From a virus: DNA of 64,000 nucleotides. Shown here one piece after another: positions 29,634 through 37,713 of the stretch (its first letter is position 1; each line of letters opens with the position of its first letter). The position numbers and the translations under genes were made by a program. Under the pieces are notes generated by a model. That model did no database searches, was not told the origin of the DNA, and saw only the letters and a list, made by a program, of their open reading frames with translations. Location of the stretch: IMG/VR virus record IMGVR_UViG_3300009419_000013, positions 1 through 64,000 of that record; one strand, written 5' to 3'.

Positions 29634-30965
29634 ATGATAGAAGAAATTAGAATTTTTTGTAGCTTAGAAAAAATGACCGGAAACGGATCTCAAAAATCTA
29701 AGCAAGATCTCATAATGAAATCGATGAATGATAGGATGGAATACATTCTCGATGTTTGCTTCAATCCATTCGTTACAACAAAACTACATAGGATAGGTTT
29801 TAATGATGAATTATCGGAACCTAATGAAAATCATTGGAATGATTTTAAAAGTCTCGTAGAAGACTTAAAAAAAGCCCCAGCTGCTAATGATCTATTAAGA
29901 GAAAGAGCGCAATCTCTTATATCAACTAAAATATCGGATGATCCAGAGGAAGATCTTGAACTTAGAACAATATTGATGAAGATTGTTACTAAGAGAATGA
30001 ATATTGGGATTGGTGCAAAGTTAATAAACAAAGCTGTTGGAAAGGAATTAATTCCTGATCCATCATTGATGTTAGCAACCGACGACGAGAAAGTGATGTC
30101 CTCATGGGATTCAGTTTATTGTGAGGAAAAATATGATGGCGTTCGTGTTATAGCATTATATAAGAATGGTGAATTTTCATATTTTACTAGAGCATTCAAC
30201 GAATTGGACTCTAGCTATTTTCCTAGAATAACATTTGCATTAAAAACTGCCATTATAAATAGTGGAATAATTGGTGATTGGTTTTTTGACGGTGAGCTAA
30301 CAGATCTTAATAGAAAATCGGTTAGTGGCAAGGTTACTCAGATACTTAGAGGAACTGCAAATAGTAATATTGAGGATGGATTTCTATTCAATGTTTTTGA
30401 CTTCGAGGAGCACTCAACACTTTCTCATGGTTCTGGTGTAATTGATTATTTAACTAGAAGAGATACACTCGAAAGAATATTATCTTATGTTCCTGCCGAT
30501 TCTCCTATAAAATTAGCACAATTATGGAAACTCGATTCCGTTGCGGACGTTACAAAAATCTATAAGGATATTGTAGCTCTCGGAGGCGAGGGAGTTATTT
30601 GTAAATCCAATTCTGTATATGAATGTAAAAGATCAAAAACTTGGATTAAAATAAAGGAAGTTAATGAATGCGATCTGGAGGTTTGTGGATGGTATCCTGG
30701 AGAGGGAAAAAGAGAGGGACTTATAGGTGGATTTATCTGTACTGATAAGTCAAAGACACTGAATGTCAAGGTAGGATCTGGATTTACCGATGAGGATTTA
30801 AAATTATTTAGTGTTGATCCTAATTCTTATATTGGAAAAATAATTGCTGTTCAATATAATGTTGTTATAACTGATAAGCATGATAATAGATCATTATTTC
30901 TTCCTAGATTGGTCGAAGTTAGATACGATAAAAATGAATCCGATGATCTTTCCTCGAAATTTTAA
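29634..30965 (+). CDS. lig: ATP-dependent DNA ligase
   Basis: EKYDGVR, FDGEL, FNVFD, EGVICK, YECKRSKTWIKIK, VGSGF, FLPRL. Confidence 0.95.
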   Translation: MIEEIRIFCSLEKMTGNGSQKSKQDLIMKSMNDRMEYILDVCFNPFVTTKLHRIGFNDELSEPNENHWNDFKSLVEDLKKAPAANDLLRERAQSLISTKISDDPEEDLELRTILMKIVTKRMNIGIGAKLINKAVGKELIPDPSLMLATDDEKVMSSWDSVYCEEKYDGVRVIALYKNGEFSYFTRAFNELDSSYFPRITFALKTAIINSGIIGDWFFDGELTDLNRKSVSGKVTQILRGTANSNIEDGFLFNVFDFEEHSTLSHGSGVIDYLTRRDTLERILSYVPADSPIKLAQLWKLDSVADVTKIYKDIVALGGEGVICKSNSVYECKRSKTWIKIKEVNECDLEVCGWYPGEGKREGLIGGFICTDKSKTLNVKVGSGFTDEDLKLFSVDPNSYIGKIIAVQYNVVITDKHDNRSLFLPRLVEVRYDKNESDDLSSKF

Positions 30966-30993
30966 GAAACAACTTACCTAATTAGCGATAAAA
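30966..30993 (+). promoter_or_regulatory. Putative middle promoter GAAAC-N17-ATAAAA
   Basis: Recurrent bipartite motif. Confidence 0.5.
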
Positions 30994-30998
30994 ATAGT

Positions 30999-31943
30999 AT
31001 GATAAAAGAATTATTGACAGAAAAACTTAGGCCTAAAGAGCTAAGACATATGATTCTGCCTTCTAGAATTTCTAAGATATTTGAGAATGGCCTTGGACAT
31101 AATGTTTTATTAAGCGGGCCTCCTGGTTGCGGAAAAACAACGCTAGCTAAAATACTGGCCTCGCCATATCCTAGCTTATTCATAAATGTTTCGGATGAAA
31201 GTTCAGTTGAAACTATTAGAGTTAAGATAACTGATTTTTGCTCAACCATCTCCGTGATGGATGGTAAATCTTCTAAGAAAATAGTAATATTGGATGAGTT
31301 TGATGGTGCATCCGATCAATTTTATAAAGCACTTAGAGGAACTATAGAAAAGTTTGCTACAAATACAAGATTTGTTGCTACTTGTAACTATATAAATAAG
31401 GTTCCTGATGCTATACAGAGTAGATTTGAAGTAATCGATTTCAACCCGGTAACTACTGAGGAAGATGATGCTTTAAAAGGTGAATGGAGAAAGAGAGTCA
31501 ATTTAATCTTAGGTAAACTTAATATAGCAATTGATGATGAATCAATTCTTGAATTTCAAAAAAATTACTATCCGGACTTTAGATCTGCATTAAATAAAAT
31601 ACAGACATGGACTCTTGAGGGAGTTACTGTTGTAGATTCTGCAAAGATAAAAGAATTTGGCTGGTCATACGAGGAACTATATTCTCTTATAGTTACTTCG
31701 AAGGATCCCGTTAAGAATTATCAGGCTATAGTTGGCGAATATCAGGGTAAGGTTGACGAAGTCATGTCAGCTTTAGGCGAGGAGTTTATCGATTGGATAA
31801 TAAACAATAAACCAGATCTTATTAAGATAATTCCAGCTGTGGTAGTATTAGTTGCTGAGCACCAGGCTCAAAGAATACAGGTCATAGATCCTATGGTATC
31901 TCTTCTTTCGTTAGTATTCCAGATACAGAAATTAGTTGTGTAA
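30999..31943 (+). CDS. Sliding clamp loader ATPase subunit (T4 gp44/RFC-like)
   Basis: EKLRP, GPPGCGKTT, ILDEFD, TCNY, IQSRF, YPDFR. Confidence 0.93.
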   Translation: MIKELLTEKLRPKELRHMILPSRISKIFENGLGHNVLLSGPPGCGKTTLAKILASPYPSLFINVSDESSVETIRVKITDFCSTISVMDGKSSKKIVILDEFDGASDQFYKALRGTIEKFATNTRFVATCNYINKVPDAIQSRFEVIDFNPVTTEEDDALKGEWRKRVNLILGKLNIAIDDESILEFQKNYYPDFRSALNKIQTWTLEGVTVVDSAKIKEFGWSYEELYSLIVTSKDPVKNYQAIVGEYQGKVDEVMSALGEEFIDWIINNKPDLIKIIPAVVVLVAEHQAQRIQVIDPMVSLLSLVFQIQKLVV

Positions 31944-32489
31944 ATGGAAAGGAAAAGAGTTATATTGGTCGGTAAAGGAGGATCGGGTAAGGATCATGCT
32001 AGAAAAGTACTTGAAGATATCGGGTTTAGGTATTGTGTATCACATACTACCAGACCTCCGAGAATAGGTGAGATAGAAGGCAAGGATTATTATTACATAA
32101 GCAGAGACTCAGCATCGCATCATTATATAGCAAAAGATCTATTCTATGAATATGTTATATTTAACGGATGGGTTTACGGAACATCCAGGGAAGAATTTGA
32201 AATTGCGGATCTTTTTATAATGACTCCTTCCGGGATATCTAAAATAAAACCTGAGGACAGAGATGAATCATTTATAATCTACTTCGATATTCAGGAGGAT
32301 GTAAGAAAGGAAAGATTGTCTGAGAGAAGAGATGCTGATGATGTCACAAGGAGATTAGCTGCAGACGATTCGGATTTTTCTGAGTTTAAAGATTTCGATT
32401 TTAGAGTTATAGATCCATTGTTTGACATAAAATCAATTTGGGCGAAAATAAAGATGGAACATTCCATCAAAATAAAGGATAAATTATGA
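31944..32489 (+). CDS. gmk: Guanylate kinase-like protein
   Basis: GKGGSGKD, SHTTRPPRIGEIEGKDYYY, YGTS. Confidence 0.85.
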   Translation: MERKRVILVGKGGSGKDHARKVLEDIGFRYCVSHTTRPPRIGEIEGKDYYYISRDSASHHYIAKDLFYEYVIFNGWVYGTSREEFEIADLFIMTPSGISKIKPEDRDESFIIYFDIQEDVRKERLSERRDADDVTRRLAADDSDFSEFKDFDFRVIDPLFDIKSIWAKIKMEHSIKIKDKL

Positions 32490-33625
32490 TTAATATACTG
32501 GTTGATGGAAATTACATATTCCATAAGACTTTCGGAGTTTTCGGAGGATACGGGAAAGCCGATCCCGGTAAGATATTAAAATCTAAAAGTGAACAGGGAG
32601 CTTTTATTAGAAAAGTTTCTACTGATCTATGCTCATCACTTAAGCTTTTACCAACTGGGGGAAGAATGATATTTACCACTGATAGCAGAAGCTGGAGAAA
32701 GGATGTTGAGATAGAGGATGGTGGATATAAATCAGGTAGAGTCAGAGATGATGAAACTGATTGGACCATATTTTTTGAACTTATGAAATCATTTGGCGAC
32801 CATATGGAAAAAATGGGATTTATTTTTTCCAGAGTTGATGGTGCGGAGGGCGATGACCTCCTGATGTATTGGAGTAATTATTTCAACAGTAACGGTGAAA
32901 ATTGTATTATCATAACTGGTGATAAAGATTTACATCAGCTATCTAGAAATACCGACAACTCATGGACAGCAGTTTGGAACAATAATTCTAAAAAAAATGT
33001 TCTATCAGTTCCCCAGGGATGGAAAGAATCTTGGTTAAATAAGGATGAGAGTGTCAGCATATTTAATATGGCTTCCGCAATTTCACCTGAGAAGGAATCT
33101 TTTAAGGTTTTTCTAAAAAAAGTTGAGATAGAGGAAATCGATAGTGACTTCTTCATATTAAATAAAGTGTTGGTTGGTGATAAGGGCGATTCGGTGCCTA
33201 GTGTTTGGGAGACTGTTAACGGCACAAGAACTATGGGATTTACACCTAAGAAAGCTGAATCGGTCCATGAGGCATTCAAATTATCTGAATGGAAATCCTT
33301 GGATTTTAAACAGATGCTAGATTCTCCAGATTTCCTGAATTGGTTAGCTGGGATGGTTTTAAGATCATCAAAATCTGTTGACAGCTCAGATAATAGAAAA
33401 AAAGTAAAAGCAAACATTGAAAGAAACTTTAAACTTATGTGGCTTAATCAGTTAATGATACCTGATTTTGTTGCTTCTGGTTGTAATTTGGAAATAGAAA
33501 GAGGTGTTTCACTACTTAGAAAACCTATAACACTGGATAGAATAAAGATATTGGAGGGAACCGAATGGGTCACGTCTGGTTATCAACCTAAGGGATTTGA
33601 TCCGTTTGAACATATACTAGACTAA
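32486..33625 (+). CDS. 5'-3' exonuclease / T4 RNase H-like flap nuclease
   Basis: LVDGN, SWRK, YKSGR, EGDDL, ITGDKDLHQL, GDKGDSVP. Confidence 0.88.
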   Translation: MINILVDGNYIFHKTFGVFGGYGKADPGKILKSKSEQGAFIRKVSTDLCSSLKLLPTGGRMIFTTDSRSWRKDVEIEDGGYKSGRVRDDETDWTIFFELMKSFGDHMEKMGFIFSRVDGAEGDDLLMYWSNYFNSNGENCIIITGDKDLHQLSRNTDNSWTAVWNNNSKKNVLSVPQGWKESWLNKDESVSIFNMASAISPEKESFKVFLKKVEIEEIDSDFFILNKVLVGDKGDSVPSVWETVNGTRTMGFTPKKAESVHEAFKLSEWKSLDFKQMLDSPDFLNWLAGMVLRSSKSVDSSDNRKKVKANIERNFKLMWLNQLMIPDFVASGCNLEIERGVSLLRKPITLDRIKILEGTEWVTSGYQPKGFDPFEHILD

Positions 33626-33627
33626 CT

Positions 33628-34050
33628 ATGCAGCTTTTTGACATAATAAAAAATATATTTTCCACTAACAATAAAACGTGGAACCAGGTAGGAAGAATAG
33701 ATAAATCCAGAAATTTTTTCATGATTAATAGGATTATGGCTATTCAATTTCCGGTACAAGCAAACCAATTTAATAGGATGCGTATAGTACCTGGTCCGGT
33801 AGTAGACTGGTGGAGAAATACATTATCTGGCAGATATTCAAAGCCACCTAATTGGATATACACAAAAACGAAAAAGACCTCGGTCGAAGATAAAACGAAG
33901 GAATCTAAGAATTTTGACCAGGTGGAGATCTTTATAAGAGAAAAATATTCAGTTTCAAAAAGGGAACTTTCCGATATAAAAAGATTTTATCCTGATAGAT
34001 ATAATAAATGGATATCCGATGTTGCAGATCAGCTAGGTATTCAAAAATAA
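33628..34050 (+). CDS. Clamp loader small subunit (gp62-like), probable
   Basis: LFDIIKNI...FMINRIMA...ANQFN...W-x-Y-TK pattern; near gp44. Confidence 0.5.
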   Translation: MQLFDIIKNIFSTNNKTWNQVGRIDKSRNFFMINRIMAIQFPVQANQFNRMRIVPGPVVDWWRNTLSGRYSKPPNWIYTKTKKTSVEDKTKESKNFDQVEIFIREKYSVSKRELSDIKRFYPDRYNKWISDVADQLGIQK

Positions 34051-34062
34051 GATATATAATAA

Positions 34063-34599
34063 ATGAAGGGTAAAAATAGTAAGTTAATAGACAAAGTTAT
34101 TTTAAGTCTGGACTGGGATACAATTTTTGAGGTTAATAAATGCTTTAAAATAGGTGTCGGTGAGGGGATTTCAGGAATTCCTGGACTTAAAAGAAAACCC
34201 TTCCTAACCGGGGTAACTAAAAATGATATAAAAAACGAGCTTAAAAATTTACTTAAGCACGTAATCGAGAATGATATATCTGAATTTATATACAGCCACT
34301 GGATGATTTTTTGGAACAATGCTGAATGGTCACTAGAGGAACTAAATAAGATAAAAGATGATATGGACGATTCTGAAGATTATTATGATGATCATCTGGT
34401 AATAGATTCAACTCTAGAGGTTATATATTCACCTCAGAGGGTGTTAGCTATGGAACCAGTTTCTATAACTAGTATATCAGGTGAAGATTCTGATGAAACT
34501 AAGTTGGAAGAAATGCTAAAAAAAGCTCTGGAAAACGAACACTATGAATTAGCTTCGAAAATTAGAGATGTGCTGAAGATACAGAAAAACCAGCAATGA
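34063..34599 (+). CDS. Hypothetical protein with a C-terminal UVR (UvrB/C) motif
   Basis: LEEMLKKALENEHYELASKIRD; GATATATA at 34051-34058. Confidence 0.65.
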   Translation: MKGKNSKLIDKVILSLDWDTIFEVNKCFKIGVGEGISGIPGLKRKPFLTGVTKNDIKNELKNLLKHVIENDISEFIYSHWMIFWNNAEWSLEELNKIKDDMDDSEDYYDDHLVIDSTLEVIYSPQRVLAMEPVSITSISGEDSDETKLEEMLKKALENEHYELASKIRDVLKIQKNQQ

Positions 34600-34614
34600 T
34601 AAAGGATACATACT

Positions 34615-35100
34615 TTGATGAAACACTTAAAATCTATATATGAATTTGATTCTGCCTTTGGTGATAGCTATGGGTATGGAGGTGCTAATGGGGTTCTTAA
34701 AATAAACTATAAGCCATTTAGCGATTTATCGGTATCTGTAGGACAAGATCCTAATATCGAGACAACAGTGAAAGGCTCACAATTTACCATAGGTGATATA
34801 GTTATTGCTAGTCCCATAGATTCTGATTCGAAAAAGAAAGTAATTGGTGTTATAGTTAGATCATTTAGAAACCCAGATAATAAACAATATAGATATTTTA
34901 TACAAGTTTATAACAAGGGTAAAGAAACTGAAAGAGTAATAGAGGTAAAATCTGATTCTATAAAATTTGCTCCAGGCGGAGAACATGGAAACATGGAAAC
35001 TGTATCTAAAATGAAAGCAAGCGATGTTCCTGCTTCAGCATACAATTCAAAAACGGTATACAGTGCGAGCGAACTTGGACTTGAAACTACCGGGGGCTAA
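34615..35100 (+). CDS. Hypothetical protein with a CTS-like N-terminus and KOW-like domain
   Basis: MKHLKSIYEF; FTIGDIVIA...IGVIVR; GATACATA at 34605. Confidence 0.6.
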   Translation: MMKHLKSIYEFDSAFGDSYGYGGANGVLKINYKPFSDLSVSVGQDPNIETTVKGSQFTIGDIVIASPIDSDSKKKVIGVIVRSFRNPDNKQYRYFIQVYNKGKETERVIEVKSDSIKFAPGGEHGNMETVSKMKASDVPASAYNSKTVYSASELGLETTGG

Positions 35101-35128
35101 GAAACCAAAACGACTTTATACGGTACAA
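35101..35128 (+). promoter_or_regulatory. Putative middle promoter GAAAC-N17-GTACAA
   Basis: Recurrent bipartite motif. Confidence 0.5.
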
Positions 35129-35141
35129 TAATAAAAAGATT

Positions 35142-36041
35142 ATGGTATCAGGAAGCAATCCAAATATTTCATATTTAGGTTTACCTAAGGCTCTAGCACT
35201 AGGAAGTTTTTATATAAGATCCCACGAGGAAATATTAACACTTATATTAGACCTTGCAAATACAAACCTTTCAATAGGATCCAATATGATTTGCTTAGAT
35301 CTTAATGAAATGGATTTTCATGAGGATTTTTTTAATATAGTTAGTGATGAGGAAGATCCCAAATTATCATCTATAATAGATTCCATAAATTTAATATTAA
35401 ACAAAAATTCAATTAGAGTATCATTCTTTATAGGAAAGGAATACTTTATGGGTAGCCAATTGGAGGGTGTTAAGGAATCAACGGTAAGAGTGATAAATTC
35501 AATCTCCGCCCTACTGGACTTAATTGGTGTGGATTATCCTTCGATAATAATTAGGGTTGGATCAGCTTACGGTAATAGAAAGCAAACGATGTCCAATTTC
35601 TGTAGCCGAATAAAATTATTAGACAAAAATGCGGTAGATAAATTATGTGTTACTAATGACGAAAAACCAAGTCTATTTTCTGTGACAGATTTACTTACTG
35701 GAATATATTACGAAACTAAAATACCCATATGTTTTAGAACATTGGCTCATCATTTTAATAACGGTGGATTAAGTATAAGAGAAGCAATGTTTTTGAGTTC
35801 GTCCACCTGGAAGAATGAACATATACCATTTTTTATACATTCAGAATCATCGGATGTCAATGATGATGGAATCTCCCTTTCACCTAATCCTTCAGCGTAT
35901 TTAAAAAATAGAATACCAACTTTTGGTCTTTCGTGTGATATTATAATAGAATCTCCTGAGAGGGAAAATAGTTATATTCATTATATTAAAAATCAAAAAT
36001 CCTTACCACCTGTTGTAATTAATAAAATATCCGGTAAATAA
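35142..36041 (+). CDS. UvdE/UvsE UV-damage endonuclease homolog with degenerate active site
   Basis: IRVSF, RVGSAYG, F-x6-L...LCVTNDEKPSLFSVTDL, IPICF, STW, HSES, DIIIES keep the UvdE motif order. Confidence 0.65.
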   Translation: MVSGSNPNISYLGLPKALALGSFYIRSHEEILTLILDLANTNLSIGSNMICLDLNEMDFHEDFFNIVSDEEDPKLSSIIDSINLILNKNSIRVSFFIGKEYFMGSQLEGVKESTVRVINSISALLDLIGVDYPSIIIRVGSAYGNRKQTMSNFCSRIKLLDKNAVDKLCVTNDEKPSLFSVTDLLTGIYYETKIPICFRTLAHHFNNGGLSIREAMFLSSSTWKNEHIPFFIHSESSDVNDDGISLSPNPSAYLKNRIPTFGLSCDIIIESPERENSYIHYIKNQKSLPPVVINKISGK

Positions 36042-36091
36042 TTTTTTTATATCGGAATAATAAATTAAATTTACAGCTTAATATAAATAAG

Positions 36092-36793
36092 ATGCTAAGA
36101 AAAGAAGCAATACAAAATCTACTATATTTCGATGTTGAAACTGCAGCATTGTATCCAACTTTGGAAACAATGTATAAAGAAAATTACCGATTATATCATC
36201 TCTGGATGAAGAGGGAGGAATATTATAGGGGTGCTTATCCAGCTTTAGCTGACATGGATTCATTATCAATATACAAACAAAAGGCTGGACTTGAGCCTGA
36301 ATTTTCAAGAGTTGTTTGTGTTTCGTTTGGTACTTTTACCGAGGACGGTGACCAAAAATATGTTTCTTTTTCTGGTAATGATGAAAAGGAAATATTAAAT
36401 AAAGCAAATAAGGTATTTAATAATGCCATGGCTAAAGGATGGAAACTTTGTGGCCATAATATAAAAGGATTTGATGTTCCTTGCTTAGGTAAGAGAATGA
36501 TTTATAATGGTATAAATCCTTCTGGTAACCTTCAAATATGGGATAAGAAACCATGGGAGGTTCCTTATATGGATACTTCCGATATATTTGCATTTGGTAG
36601 TTGGATGCATCAGAAATACTTAAGTCTTGATTTATTAACATGCTCTTTGGACATAGATTCGCCAAAGGATGATATGGACGGATCTAAGGTTAATGATGTT
36701 TTCTGGATCGATAAGGATTTTGAAAAAATAGAATTGTATTGTGAATCCGACGTTAGAGCTGTAATGACAGTAATGGAAAAAATTTGTTTCTAA
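36092..36793 (+). CDS. DEDD 3'-5' exonuclease (PolB-exo related)
   Basis: FDVET, GHNIKGFDVP, SLDLL, SPKDDMDGSKV, YCESDV. Confidence 0.88.
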   Translation: MLRKEAIQNLLYFDVETAALYPTLETMYKENYRLYHLWMKREEYYRGAYPALADMDSLSIYKQKAGLEPEFSRVVCVSFGTFTEDGDQKYVSFSGNDEKEILNKANKVFNNAMAKGWKLCGHNIKGFDVPCLGKRMIYNGINPSGNLQIWDKKPWEVPYMDTSDIFAFGSWMHQKYLSLDLLTCSLDIDSPKDDMDGSKVNDVFWIDKDFEKIELYCESDVRAVMTVMEKICF

Positions 36794-36853
36794 ATTGACG
36801 ATAATTAAAAATAATAAGCTTACATAATATAATATAAAATAGCTAATACATTT

Positions 36854-36889
36854 AAAAGCTTTCCTTGATATATAGAGGAAAGCTTTTTT
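36854..36889 (+). terminator. Terminator hairpin with a late promoter (GATATATA, 36867-36874) in its loop
   Basis: AAAAGCTTTCCT-tGATATATAg-AGGAAAGCTTTTTT, 1 nt before the GTG start. Confidence 0.75.
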
Positions 36890-36890
36890 C

Positions 36891-37706
36891 GTGAATACAG
36901 TATTAGATTTTAATGATTTTTTAAATAATAATGAGATTACTCTTAACGAAAGAGAGAGTAGTCCATATTACCATGACGTTTTAAATCCAGTTTTCTGGAC
37001 ACAAGGAAAAACAAAATCTGGTGAGACCCCTTGGGTTTTTGATCAGAGAGTTAGAAGAAAACTTATTAGAATAGCTGAAGATTTTTATACAAAATTTGAA
37101 GACATTCTGGGTGATAGAGCAATAAGAGATATCCAACTAACCGGATCATTAGCAAATTTTAACTATACAGATTTTTCTGATCTTGATGTTCATGTTCTTA
37201 TTAACATGGATGGCATAGATGACGATAATCCAAAAATATTAAAATCCGCAATCGACGGTATTAAATTTGTATGGAATCTTAGACATAACATAACAATAAG
37301 AGGTTATGACGTTGAACTATACCTGCAAGACCAACATGAGCCACATACTGCATCCGCATTATTTTCATTAAAAAATAATGATTGGATAAGAAAACCAGTT
37401 TATAATTTTCCGGAGATTGATGATATGGATGTGGAAAAAAAGTATTCTGCTATAGCTTCAGATATAGAGGAACTGCAGACAAGACTTATAACCACCGATA
37501 TCTTACCATCAAATGCTAAAACATTATATAGCAGAGCATCTAAATTAAAATCAAAAATCCAAAAAATGAGAAAAGAGGAGCTTGCTAAAGGTGGTGAAAT
37601 GGCAATAGGAAATCTTGTTTTTAAAAAGCTTAGAAATTCTGGATATATAGAGAAATTAATAGATTTGATCTCCAAATCTTATGATAAAATTTACACTGAA
37701 AAATAA
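36891..37706 (+). CDS. Pol-beta superfamily nucleotidyltransferase with a CTS-like N-terminus
   Basis: LTGSLANFNYTDFSDLDVHV, DVELY, NLVFKKLRNSGYI. Confidence 0.8.
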   Translation: MNTVLDFNDFLNNNEITLNERESSPYYHDVLNPVFWTQGKTKSGETPWVFDQRVRRKLIRIAEDFYTKFEDILGDRAIRDIQLTGSLANFNYTDFSDLDVHVLINMDGIDDDNPKILKSAIDGIKFVWNLRHNITIRGYDVELYLQDQHEPHTASALFSLKNNDWIRKPVYNFPEIDDMDVEKKYSAIASDIEELQTRLITTDILPSNAKTLYSRASKLKSKIQKMRKEELAKGGEMAIGNLVFKKLRNSGYIEKLIDLISKSYDKIYTEK

Positions 37707-37713
37707 TTAGATT

